A stretch of 63,035 bases of DNA, the filler included, from Malassezia furfur (Eukaryota): the NCBI GenBank assembly GCA_052055015.1. It is 41 parts of 41 records of this genome, joined end to end, with 100 filler letters (N's around TTAATTAATTAA, not from the genome) between each part and the next. Parts side by side here need not be neighbours in the genome. Positions count along the whole stretch, not along the records: positions 32,927 to 34,359 come from JBQJIT010001157.1; positions 34,460 to 35,886 come from JBQJIT010001158.1; positions 35,987 to 37,411 come from JBQJIT010001159.1; positions 37,512 to 38,936 come from JBQJIT010001160.1; positions 39,037 to 40,459 come from JBQJIT010001161.1; positions 40,560 to 41,980 come from JBQJIT010001162.1; positions 42,081 to 43,501 come from JBQJIT010001163.1; positions 43,602 to 45,021 come from JBQJIT010001164.1; 33 more parts are not named here. The stretch is one strand, 5' to 3'. Below the pieces are notes generated by a model. That model had not been told where the DNA came from, ran no database searches, and worked only from the letters and a program-made list of their open reading frames with translations. Position numbers and translations under genes: made by a program. Shown here in pieces: positions 34,281 through 45,234 of this stretch. Every line of letters begins with the position of its first letter. Position 1 is the stretch's first letter.

Positions 34281-34459
34281 GGGAAGAAGCTATCGCGTCG
34301 GCCCAGCGCGGCGCTGACTAATGGGCGGCCCGGCGTTTGCGGCGTCCCCCGAGCGACCANNNNNNNNNNNNNNNNNNNNNNNNNNNNNNNNNNNNNNNNN
34401 NNNTTAATTAATTAANNNNNNNNNNNNNNNNNNNNNNNNNNNNNNNNNNNNNNNNNNNN

Positions 34460-35650
34460 CGCGGCAAACTGCGGGCGGATGGACGGGATGCGCATGAGCT
34501 GCGACGAGCGCTGCAGGTAGGGGTTGGTCAGCTCCTCGTCCGCCTCGTTGCCCGACGCGCGCGAGTAGGTCGACTGCATGGTCGACTGCGTGGTCGAGCG
34601 GCGCAGCGGTGCGGGGTGCGTGTGCGAGCGCAGCTCCGGTACGGCATCGACGCCCTCGTCGCCGGGCGCGCCCGCATTCACGCTCGACTCCTGCCACGCC
34701 GAGATGCGCTCCAACAAAAATTGGTCGGGGTGCGCCTCGGTGTCGCGCGGCGCCGCCAGCGCCGCAGGCGGGGGCATGGTGATCTCGGTGGCAGCCGGCT
34801 CCATGATGAATTCGTCCCAGTCGCCGTTGCGCGTAGCGGGCGACGAGCCGTAGGAGCTCGAGTCGTACTGGAAGCGCGTCTGGCCGCGCTCGATCCGGCG
34901 TGCCATCGGGATGTCGCGCTCGGGCGTCCCAATCGAGCCCTCCTCCTGGGAGCTGGGCGTCATCCGGCGACTGTGACGCGGCGAGCGGAAACTCGACGGG
35001 AAGCGCGACAGCACCGAGCGGCGGTTGCCGCCACGCTGGTGCGTCGGGCTCCCAAGCCGGATCGAGGCCATGCGAGAGCGCGAGCGCGACAGCGACTGAG
35101 AAAGCGACAGCTTGTTGCGCAGCGACGCCGAGCGGCTCTGCGGCGGCGCGGGGCCCATCCCGTTGCCGGACTGCAGCGAGGCTGGCACACTGCTGCGCGT
35201 CCACTGCACCGACGGACGCTGTGCCTGCTCGGCAATGGCGTGCGGGAAACGCACATCGTCGTCGTCCCTGGGCAGCATTGGCAGCGGGCCGGGTACGGTG
35301 CGGGGAGAAACGCCTTCTTCGGGAAGGTCTGGAAGGCCAGGTTGGCCGGGAATAACGGACGCGTCCTGCGCGTCGGATGCGAGGGGAGCGGGGGATTCGG
35401 GAACATTGTACAGGATATGCGCGGAGTGCTCCTCGTCGCCTGTGGGATACGCCCAAGTCTTTTCGAGATAGCTGCTGTGAGGGTCAGTATGCCAGAGTTG
35501 GCCCTGTGCGCGGTCCATCGACAGTTGGCGCTCCTTGTGCCAGTGACGCCGCACGAGGACGCCAGCGGTCACGCCGAGCACCACCACGACGGCCATGCCG
35601 ACACATAGGCCAACGGTCAGTCCAACAATCAGTGTGGTGCTGCCAGTCAT
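34460..35650 (-). CDS. Hypothetical single-pass membrane protein with disordered Ser/Arg/Pro-rich cytoplasmic tail
   Basis: N-terminal hydrophobic helix LIVGLTVGLCVGMAVVVVLGVTAGVLV followed by RRH; ORF of about 400 codons. Confidence 0.65.
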
Positions 35651-36086
35651 TGAAGAGATGCCAGGGGTTTGCTAGGGGGAATCAAACGGTGCCTGCACCG
35701 AACGCTGTGAAGAGCAATGAGGGGCACGCCAGCGTGCACGTCAACAGGGGTGAGTGAGTAGGAGGGAGGGGCCTGTGGTCCGGCTCGTCCGATACAACAA
35801 GGGGAGAATAAAGAAGCAGCGCAGCCGTTTTGCGCGTAGACGTCGGTGCACGGCATAGAAGTGCGCGTAGATGTTCCCTGCACCCCNNNNNNNNNNNNNN
35901 NNNNNNNNNNNNNNNNNNNNNNNNNNNNNNTTAATTAATTAANNNNNNNNNNNNNNNNNNNNNNNNNNNNNNNNNNNNNNNNNNNNCGGCCTGCGTGCCT
36001 TTGGGGGTCGGGTCGGGGCCCCGAGGCGGCGCGCGCCGTGGCTTGTGAGGCTCGGGTCGGTCGTGGACTGTACTACACGCGTCTCG

Positions 36087-37411
36087 CTATGGGTCGGGCG
36101 CCGCGACGGTGTGCAGCACCTGCGCAATGGCGTCCAGGAGCACCCGCGCGTCCTCCTCACTGAGCATCGACCGCATCGCCAGCAGCAGCGAGTCGCCCTG
36201 CACGGCCAAGTCGAGGTTGACGGGGTGCGCGGGGTAGCAGTGTGCGCCGTCCCAGTCGTCCAAGCGGCTGCGCTCGACGAGCGGCGTGCGTGTGCGGAGC
36301 AGCTCGAGCCCCGCGCCGGGCATCGGCGCCCATGCGTCCGGAGCGCCGTCTGCGCCGTCGGCCGGCGCCTCGTCGTGGAGCACATTCACCACGACGTTGA
36401 AGCGCGGCGTGAGTGGCAGGCCGAGCGCGCGGTGCAGCGCGTCCAGCGCCACCTGCTCGTACGCGCGGTGCGTGCGCAGCTCGTCGTCGACCGCCTGCGC
36501 CGTCGCATACACGGACGGCTGCACCGCCGGCGTGAGCGGCACGAGGTTGAGGCACGGCGCCGCGAGGCGGTCGATGTCCGCCACCGACGCGAGACGCGCG
36601 TGCTGCAGCACACCGAGCACGGGCGGCGACTGCGTCGCCTCGTGCAGGACGTTGGCGACGCTCGCGAGCAGCACACTCGTGAGCGCGACGCGGTCGCCGG
36701 CCGCGCGCGTGTCGAGCGCCGCGCGGACGGCGCCGAGCGGCGTGTGCATCTGCACAAACGTCTCGTCGCGCGACGAGTCGCGCAGCCAGCACGGCACGGC
36801 GTCGGCGTACGCGGCAAAGGGCGCCGCAAGCGCGCCCGGCGCAGGCGCCGACAAGACGCGCTCGATGCCGGGCACGCTCAGCCGCGCATCGTCTACCTGG
36901 GTGCCCTGGACCTGCGCCGCATACAGCGCGCGCAGGTCGTCGACGAGCAGGCGCAGCGAGTACGCATCGTACATCGCGTGGAAGAGCGTCAGGACGACGG
37001 CGTCGCCGTCGCTGCCCTGCACGACGTCGCAGTCGGCGATCGCGCGCGTGAGCGGCGCCGGCGGCCGCTGGCGCTCGCGCATCGCCGCGTCGACTAGCGC
37101 GGCACGCGGCATGCTGCGCACGGTGAGGACATGTGCGGCGTGCGTTTCGGTGCGCTGCACCTGCACGGGCGCCACCGGTGCGCCGGCGCCGAGGAAGACG
37201 GTGCGCAGGATGGCGTGGCGCGTCTGCAGCGCCGTCCACGCCGCGTCGAGCGCCGCGGCATCTAGCGCCAGTGCCGCGTACGCAAACGAAAAGACGCCCA
37301 CACGGTACGACGACTGCACAAAGTTGGCGAGGTGCATGGCCTGCCCGGCCGCGACGGGGCGCACCGCCTCGATGGCGGCGGCGTCGCAGCCCAGGGCGGC
37401 GGCGGCGTCTG
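36087..37411 (-). CDS. Non-ribosomal peptide synthetase, terminal condensation domain (ferrichrome-synthetase-like)
   Basis: PVAAGQ, LDAAWTALQTRHAILRTVF, LTLFHAMYDAYSLRLLVDDL, APCLNLVPL, PRFNVVVNVL; ends in a stop. Confidence 0.75.
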
Positions 37412-37511
37412 NNNNNNNNNNNNNNNNNNNNNNNNNNNNNNNNNNNNNNNNNNNNTTAATTAATTAANNNNNNNNNNNNNNNNNNNNNNNNNNNNNNNNN
37501 NNNNNNNNNNN

Positions 37512-38936
37512 ATGCCGCCGCGGCGGCCGCTCACGCTCTCCATGCCGATGCTCGCCAGCAGCGGCAGGTCCGCAGGCTTCTCGGTATATACGCTCATGAA
37601 CTGCAGCAGGAAGTCCCGGTCGTACCGGAACTTGCCTGGGGGCGCTGCCACGTTCAGCTTCGCGTCCGGCGCCTGCACCGACTCGGGGTAGTGCACCTTG
37701 CCGAGGTCCTGGATGGGCGCCGCGTGCTCGATCGCGCGGTTCGGCTCCGCGGACGTCGATGCCTCGGCGTTGTCGTCCGCCGGCGCGTCGGCAGCGCTGT
37801 CGGTCGCCTTGGCGGATGCGTCCTCCTCCGTCTTCGCCGGCGCCGCCTCCTCCGTCTTGGCCTGTGCAGCCTCGTCGGCCGCGGCCTTTTCAGCCGCGGC
37901 CTTGTCCGCGGCAGTCTTCTCGGCGGCGGCCTTGTCGGCAGCAGCCTTGTCGGCCGCAGCCTTCTCGGCGGCGGCCTTCTCGGCAGCAGCCTTCTCGGCC
38001 GCCGCCTTCTCCTCAGCGGCCTTCTTCTCGGCCGCCTCGCGCTCGGCCTTCTCCTCGGCGGCCTTCTTCTCGGCCGCCTCGCGCTCAGCCTTCTCCTCGG
38101 CGGCCTTCTTCTCGGCCGCCTCACGCTCGGCCTTTTCGCGCTCGGCCTTCTCGGCCTCCGCCTTGGCACGCTCGGCCTCCTCGCGCTCCGCACGCTCCTT
38201 CTCCTCCTGCGCACGCGCCGCCGCCTCCTTCTCGGCACGCTCCTTCTCCTCCTTCTCGCGCTCGGCCTTCTCGCGCTCCATCTTGAGCTTCAGCACACGC
38301 TGCTGGAAGTCGGCCTGCGTCTTGACGCGGCTCTGCTCCGAGGCCGAGGCCGGCGCCGCGCCGCTGGACCCGGTCGACTTGGGCGTGCCGGGCGCCGACG
38401 GGCCGTGCGACGACGGCGCAGGGCTGTGCGCGGCGTTCGGCGTGGACGTCGCCGAGGCAGCGGCGGCGGCCGACGTCTTCTGCCGCACCTGCTCGAGGTC
38501 CAGCTCGGTGTGAGTCTCCGGGTTGACGATACGCAGCGCCTTGCTCTTTTGCGGCTCAAAGGTGCGCGCACCCACGTTCATCGCAAAGTTGGGCGACGGC
38601 GAGGCAGGGGGGTAGAAGGGCTGCGCACCGCCGGGGCGCGGCATCATCGCAGGGCCGCGCGGCGAGTTGGCCGCGTGCATCGGCGACGCGGGCATGTTGC
38701 CCAGGTGCGGCGAGTTGGGCTGCTGCGGCCAGCCCTGTTGCGGCATGTAGGGGAAGCCTCCGGGGCTCATGGGGTAGCCGACGTGGGGGTACATCGGCGC
38801 GCCCTGCCACGGCGCAGGGCCGCCAGGGTACGGCATGCCGGGCACAAGCGGCGTGCCGGGCTGCGACGAGGGGGTCTGGGGCACCTTGTCGGGCCCCGCA
38901 CCCTTGGGCGCATGCGCCGCAGCGCCGCGCGGCGTT
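37512..38936 (-). CDS. TIF4631: Translation initiation factor eIF4G, internal fragment
   Basis: SKALRIVNP; IQDLGKVHYPE..GKFRYDRDFLLQF contains the eIF4E-binding YxxxxL-hydrophobic motif at 37604-37624. Confidence 0.88.
37876..38140 (-). repeat. Coding tandem repeats in eIF4G: 42-bp unit (EKAEREAAEKKAAE) x3, then 15-bp unit (EKAAA/DKAAA) about x10
   Basis: Visible directly in the DNA and the translation. Confidence 0.9.
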
Positions 38937-39036
38937 NNNNNNNNNNNNNNNNNNNNNNNNNNNNNNNNNNNNNNNNNNNNTTAATTAATTAANNNNNNNN
39001 NNNNNNNNNNNNNNNNNNNNNNNNNNNNNNNNNNNN

Positions 39037-39176
39037 AGCTGTCGCTGCTCCCGTGCGCAGTGAGCCCCGGCGCGCCTGCCGAGGCGCCGCCGGCCGTTGG
39101 GTGGCGTGCGCCGGCGGCGCCGCCCGCGAAGCGAGCCAAGTTTGCGAGCGGGGCAAATGCGGTTCGTCTCGGATGA
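39037..39176 (+). CDS. 3' end of an unidentified gene (..PPAKRAKFASGANAVRLG*)
   Basis: Open frame with an NLS-like PAKRAK ending in TGA at 39174-39176. Confidence 0.45.
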
Positions 39177-39186
39177 TGTGTCGTGT

Positions 39187-40459
39187 CTATGGCAGTACGT
39201 CTTGGGCGGCGTGCTTGGGCGCCGGCAGCCAGAGCGAGGGCAGTCGCCCTGTGATGGCCGGCTGCCCGTACTTGGACACGGGCTCGCGGAGCAGCCCCGC
39301 GTGGTTGTCGGACAGGGCTGGCTCGTAGGGCTCGTAGGGTTCGTACGGTTCGTACACGGGCTCTTCGTGCGGGCTGAGCTCGTGGGCGTCGTCGGCGGGC
39401 GCGTCGGCGGGTAGTGCGTCGGAAGGCGTGTCGTCGGCGGGCGTTTCGGTGTGCGACGCATTCGCATGGTCCTCGTCGTACGCCGTGTAGATGTCGTAGA
39501 GGCTCAGGTGCGACGTGAGCGGCGCAAAGGTGCGCTGGACATGCATCAAGAACCACACCGTGAAGGCGATGAGCGGCAGGATGAGCACGCTGTTGGCGAC
39601 CTGCTGGCGCACCGAGAAGAGCGACAGCTCAAACGTCTCGAACAGCAGCAGCGCCCAGATGCAGCGCGTCACGGCCAAGGGCCACGCATGTCCGTGCGAG
39701 TCGTACGGGATGCTGAGCACGTTGAGCAGCTGGTACTTGAGCACGGTGTACGACACGGCAAAGTACACCGCGCCAAACACCACGATCAGCGGCGAGACGA
39801 TCGAGTAGAGGACGCTCAGGGTGAAGATGAGGAGCGCCTGCGGGTAGAGTGTGCCGACGGAGAGCACGGGCGGCTGGTCGGCATGTGCGCGCGTGCGGGG
39901 CGTGCGGACGTAGAGCACGCGGTACACGAGCTGGAGCAGGATGCTGGGCAGCTGCACGAGCTGGAACGGCTGCATCGCGAGCCCCTGGAAGATGACGTAG
40001 CTCAGCGAGAAGTTGCGCGCGACGGGCAGGAGCGACTGTGCGAGGTTGTCGATCATGCGCTCTGGGCTCTCGGTGAGCTCCTTGAGCATCTGGCGCGCGT
40101 CGGAAAACGCAAACACAAACACCACGGAGAAGACGAGGTACAAGAAGTACTTGTTGAGCACGCCGTGGTCGATGCGCGAGCGCGAGCGGATCCGCTGGAA
40201 GAAGGTCGAGTACTGCATCGCGATCGGTACGAGGGCGTTGATCGCGACGAGCAGCAGGGTGGGCAGCGAGTAGGTCGCGAACGCCTCGAGGCGCACGTTC
40301 TTGCGCAGCACGTCGGCGAGCCACGGCGCGTACCGCTCGATGGTGTCCATGCGGAAGATGGCCGCGAGCGTCGCACTCAGCCCGAGGGTGAGCGACAGCA
40401 GGAGCGCCATGAGGAGCGTCATGAGCAGCTGCCGCACGCGGCGGTCCCACACGCCCGGC
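39187..40459 (-). CDS. CSC1/OSCA/TMEM63 (Rsn1/Phm7 family) cation channel, C-terminal part
   Basis: RSN1_7TM features: LNKYFLYL, ARNFSLSYVIFQG, GTLYPQALLIF..YSIVSPLI..YTVLKYQLL..YDSHGHAWP. Confidence 0.9.
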
Positions 40460-40559
40460 NNNNNNNNNNNNNNNNNNNNNNNNNNNNNNNNNNNNNNNNN
40501 NNNTTAATTAATTAANNNNNNNNNNNNNNNNNNNNNNNNNNNNNNNNNNNNNNNNNNNN

Positions 40560-41980
40560 CGCGGCTCAAGCACCGCTGGAACTATGCGTCGCTCGACTGT
40601 GCGGCGGTGCTGCACCAGGCGAACCCCTCGGCCAAGTTCCCGACGGCGATTCTGAGCGAGAAAAAGGACCGGTACATGCTGTCGCCGTGCCCCGTGTCGA
40701 ACCGGGAGCGCCAGTTTGTGGTGGTCGAGCTGTGCCAGCAGGTGCGCATCGACACACTGGTGCTGGCCAACCTGGAGTTTTTCAGCAGCATGTTTAAGCT
40801 GTTCTCCGTCCGCCTCTCCAACGACCTGCACGCGCCCGAGCATGAGTGGCGCACGTTCGGCCACTTTCACGCGCGCAACGTGCGTGGCCCGCAGGTGTTT
40901 GTGCTGAGCAGCGTGCCACAGTCCTACTACCGCTTTCTGCGGATCGATTTCCTGGAGCACTACGGCAGCGAGTACTATTGCCCCGTGAGCCTGCTCCGTG
41001 TGTACGGGCGCAACGAGCGCGAGGACGCCGATGAGGCGGACGACGTCGAGGACGACGAGCCGGACGCCGCCGACGCCGACGAGCCCGAAGAGGACTGGGA
41101 GACGCCGAACGCGTGCGACATCCACGTCGCGACGATCCGCGGACGCGTCCAGATGTGCCCCGCCCACGCCGCAAGCATCTGGCCGTGCGTGTGTGTGCCG
41201 CGCGTGCCGCTTGTGCTGCCTGCACACCCTGCGCGGCCCGACGCCCCGCGCGCGGAGCCGAGTGCCGCCGCGCCGCATCCCCCGCCCGTCGCATCGAGCG
41301 CGGCACATGCGGCGCGCGCGCCCAACACGACGGTGTCGAGTGCGCCGCCCGCCAATGCGACCGCCCGCGCGGAGCCCAAGCCCACCGAAAAGGGCACGGC
41401 CGGCGGCGAGTCCATCTTCCGCACCATCACCAAGCGCCTCGCGGCGCTTGAGACGAACACGAGTCTCAGCATGCAGTACCTGCAGCTGAGCAGCGAGGTG
41501 CTGCGCGACCGGCTCGCGAGCCTCGAGCAGACACGCCACACGCACATGGCCGAGTTCGCCGCGGCGCTCAACGCCTCCTATACCCAGCAGCTCCACACGC
41601 ACCTCGCGGAGCTGCGCAACGCACTCCAGGCGCGCGACGACGCGTACGGCGCGCTGGCGACCCGCGTCGAGCATCTCGCCACCGAGCTCGTGTACGAGCG
41701 GCGGCGCGGGTTTGCGCAGCTTCTGCTCCTCCTCGTGCTGCTCGCGCTGCTCGTCGTGACGCGCGCCTCGCGCCCGGTGCTCGCCCTCGCGCGGCAGCCG
41801 AGCGACCCACGTGGCACGGGCGAGGGCGCACCGACGCCGCGCCCGCGGTACGCGTCGCCGCTCGCGCGCGTTTTGTCGCCGCTGCGGCGCACTGCGTCCC
41901 CGCACCAGGACGCGTCCGCGGTCGTCACGCCGCTCCAGCACCCGCCGCACGACATGGCGCACCCGCCGCCGCGCACGCCC
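40560..41980 (+). CDS. SLP1: Mid-SUN-domain ER protein Slp1/SUCO-like, internal fragment
   Basis: RWNYASLDCAA, AILSEKKDRYMLSPC, LANLEFFSS, HYGSEYYCPVSLLRVYG, GGESIFRTITKRLAALETNTSLSMQYL. Confidence 0.9.
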
Positions 41981-42080
41981 NNNNNNNNNNNNNNNNNNNN
42001 NNNNNNNNNNNNNNNNNNNNNNNNTTAATTAATTAANNNNNNNNNNNNNNNNNNNNNNNNNNNNNNNNNNNNNNNNNNNN

Positions 42081-42997
42081 GGACCGTGGGCGGCACCTGC
42101 GCCGCGTCGCCCGGCGCCGCGTGCCGTGCGCCCGCTGCACTCGGCGCGCTGGGAAAAGGTTGTGGTCAAGTGGGAGGTGCCGCGCAAGGTGCTGCACGCG
42201 AGCATTGGGTTCGTGGTGCTGGCGCTGTATGGCCTCAACGTGGACCTGGACCGGATTGTACGCGTGCTGAGCTACATGCTGGTGTCGATCGCGTCGCTGG
42301 ACTTGCTGCGTCTCAATGTGCCGGCGTTTGAGCGCGCGTACGAGGCGGTGGTGGGTGCGCTGATGCGCGATGGCGAGCGGGTACGTGGATGGGCTGACCG
42401 TAGGAGCGCGTCAACGGCGTGGTGTGGTACCTGGTGGGGGTGCTGGTGAGCCTGCGCCTGTTCCCCGAGGATATTGCGTGCGTGAGCATCATGATCCTGT
42501 CGTGGTGCGATCCGTGTGCGTCGACGTTTGGGCGACTGTACGGGCGGTATACACCATCGATGCCTGCGCCGCTGTTTGCGCAGCGCAAGTCGCTCGCGGG
42601 CTTCTTGGCCGCGGTGCTGGCCGGCTCGCTGACCACCTACTTGTTCTGGGGCACGAGCCTGGCGCGGCGCGGCGAGCGTGCGTCGGGTCTCTCGTGGACG
42701 CCCGGCGGGACGGCGACGTTTGGCACGCGCCAGGCGCCCGGTGTGTTCCACACGGGCTGGACGGGCCTGCGCGGCGGGTTTGTGGCGCACGGCGATGCGT
42801 CGCTGTGGGCGCGCGCGACGTCCGTGGGCGGCGGTGCGCCGGCGGTGCCCGCGTGGCTGCTGTACGTCGCCGCGGGCCTGGTGGCCGGGGTGACCGAGTC
42901 GCTGGACATGGGCGGCATCGACGACAATCTCTTCATCCCCGTGCTCAGCGGGCTTGGGATCTGGGCAACACTATGGGTGTGGGGCCTCTTTGTGTAG
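42081..42997 (+). CDS. DGK1: CTP-dependent diacylglycerol kinase Dgk1 (one micro-intron; 5' truncated)
   Basis: WEVPRKVLHASIGF, LMRDGERE-RVNGVVWYL, LSWCDPCASTFGRLYG, KSLAGF, IDDNL. Confidence 0.92.
42381..42403 (+). other. Spliceosomal micro-intron, 23 nt (GTACGTGGATGGGCTGACCGTAG)
   Basis: Joins the two DGK1 ORFs in frame. Confidence 0.9.
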
Positions 42998-43096
42998 AGC
43001 GCACCGAGGCGAGTGCATCGTGTGTATAGGCGCGCACGCATGTCCGTGCTCGGACGGTGCGCGTAGTAGAGTGGCTGGTAGGCTGTGAGCAAGCAG

Positions 43097-43470
43097 CTAG
43101 TGTGCGCGGCGGGCTTGTGCGTTGCGGCCGTGGACGCGCGCGTAGAGCATGCCGTGGAAGCGGCGCGTCTGGTGCACCTGGCGCCAGACGTACACGGCCA
43201 GCGCTGCGACGACCACGATGACGTTCGCGAAGACAAACTGGCTGTACGCACGCACCTCGGCGCCAATAAACTTGCCGCAGGCGCTCCAGCCGTGGAGGGC
43301 AGGCGCGCTGGCGTTCGCGACGCACTGCACCGCCTGGCGGTTGTTGTACGGGCGGCAGTAAGGGTAGGCGAGCTGGGTCAGGGCGCGCGCACACGTACGT
43401 CGTCGGCCGGGCACGGCATGCACGCGCTCACCGGCGTGCACGTGTACGCCGGCGCCACCGAAGAGGTACG
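43097..43470 (-). CDS. Small Cys-rich single-TM protein (JTB-like), one micro-intron; start unresolved
   Basis: YTCTPVSACMPCPADD-LAYPYCRPYNNRQAVQC..GWSACGKFIGAE..FVFANVIVVVAALAVYVWRQ. Confidence 0.55.
43373..43398 (-). other. Spliceosomal micro-intron, 26 nt (GTACGTGTGCGCGCGCCCTGACCCAG)
   Basis: Brings the CxPC exon into frame with YPYC. Confidence 0.8.
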
Positions 43471-43601
43471 TGGCGTGCTCACCCAGTATTACGACCTCGT
43501 CNNNNNNNNNNNNNNNNNNNNNNNNNNNNNNNNNNNNNNNNNNNNTTAATTAATTAANNNNNNNNNNNNNNNNNNNNNNNNNNNNNNNNNNNNNNNNNNN
43601 N

Positions 43602-44330
43602 GCGGCTGGTAGTGTGCCTTGAGCTCGGCCTCCTTGGCCTCGATCGCGGCCTGCAGGCCGTCGGGCGCCGTGAGCTGCTGGGTGAGCTCGGCGATCTTGG
43701 CGGTGTCGGTGGCGTGCGTCGCTTCGAGCTCGGCGATGCGCTGCCGGGCCTGGGCGAGGAGGCCCTCGAGCTCGGCGATGCGCGCGCGGAGCGCCGCGTC
43801 GGTGGCGGCGTCGGTGGTGGTGGCGGTGGCGTCGGTGGTGGTGGCCTGGTCGGCGCCCTTGCCGGTGGCGTCGGTAGTGGCCTCGCCGGCGTCCTTGCCG
43901 GTGGCGTCGGTGGCGGCGTCGGTGGCGGCGGCGGCGTCCTTGCCGGTGGCCTCGCCGGCCTCCTTGCCAGTCGCCTCGCCGGCCTCCTTGCCAGTGGCCT
44001 CGCCGGCCTCCTTACCGGCCTTGGCCTCGCCGGCCTCCTTGCCGGCCTCCTTGGCCTCATCCGCAGCAGGCTGGGCGTCGCCCGCCTTCGCCTCGCCCGC
44101 CTCCGGCGCCTCCTTCTTGACACCGGCCGCGCCCGCCTCGGCGAGCCGCTGCTCGAGCGACTCGATCTGCGCGGTCTGCGCCTTGACCTGCGCCTCGGCG
44201 GCGCGCTTGTCCTTGAGGAAGGTGCGCGCAAAGTTCTTGTGCTTCTCGCACTCCTCCGTCTTGACGCGCAGGCGCTCGGTGAGCTCGGCCTTTTCCGCGT
44301 CCCACGCGGCGCGCGCCGCCTCGGCGTCGG
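43602..44330 (-). CDS. Long coiled-coil protein segment (possibly Mlp1/Tpr-like) with a 24-bp GKEAGEAT tandem repeat at about 43937-44055
   Basis: Heptad-like AWDAEKAELTERL..ECEKHKNFARTFLKDK.. and LRARIAELEGLL. Family call is tentative. Confidence 0.45.
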
Positions 44331-45021
44331 CGTCCGGCGACCGATCGGACGCCGTGCGTCGCACCGGCGATGCAGACGGCGGCGGCGGTGGTGGTGGCGA
44401 CGACGACGACGTGGTGCGTGCGTCGCTGGACGGGCGCGCGGTGCGTGGGCCAGTCTCGGGCGCCGCCCGCTTCGGGTTCGGGGCGTCGCTTGGTGCGTCG
44501 GCCATCGGCTCGATCGTCGCCGGTGCGCTCCTGGCATTTTCCGGCGCGGGCGGCGCATCCGGCGCGTCCGCGGGGCCAGGCGCTCCAGGCGCACTGGCGG
44601 AGCCCGACGCACCAGGCGCGGGCGGCGCATCCTTGTCCTTGGCATCGCGCGAGATCACATCGGCGAGCATCTGGAGACCGCCGTTGCCCTTCCACTGCCC
44701 AAAATTAGGGTGGCTCCGCAGCCGCGTAAACGCCTGCGGGATGCTCTCGCGCGGCGCGCCCGGGCTCGGCGCGGTGGCCGTCGGGCTGTATGCGGCTCCA
44801 GGCCCCGGCGTCTTGCGCTGCGTCGACGTGGGGACCTGCACGCTGCGTGTGACGGCCGAGCAGAACTCGGCGAGCGTCGGGTCTTCCTGGCATGCGCCAC
44901 ACGTGCGCTGGTCGCCCGAGCACGGCGTCGGCACATTGGGCGCGCGCGCGCGCGGGCTCGGCGCGGTGGTCGGTGTGGCGCCTGCGGGCTCGACGGCCAC
45001 CGGGGATGCAGGCGAGCCGGA
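44331..45021 (-). CDS. HapX-like iron-responsive transcription factor, C-terminal Cys-rich region
   Basis: CSGDQRTCGACQEDPTLAEFC and ESIPQAFTRLRSHPNF..LQMLADV match conserved C-terminal blocks of fungal HapX. Confidence 0.65.
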
Positions 45022-45234
45022 NNNNNNNNNNNNNNNNNNNNNNNNNNNNNNNNNNNNNNNNNNNNTTAATTAATTAANNNNNNNNNNNNNNNNNNNNNNN
45101 NNNNNNNNNNNNNNNNNNNNNCGGGGGGCCGCGTCTGTAGAGTCGATCCGTGCACCATTTAGTCATTCCCACGTGGTGTGGGCGGGCCCCAGCTCGCGGC
45201 GGCCGCCGGGGGATGGGGCCGTTTCCGTGGGACC

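Noticed and set aside
8924..42419. Apparent frameshifts or pseudogenes, or programmed frameshifting, in MDM10, UBP3, EMG1, VTS1 and DGK1
   Set aside because: Each break coincides with a consensus GT..branch..AG micro-intron whose removal restores the frame.
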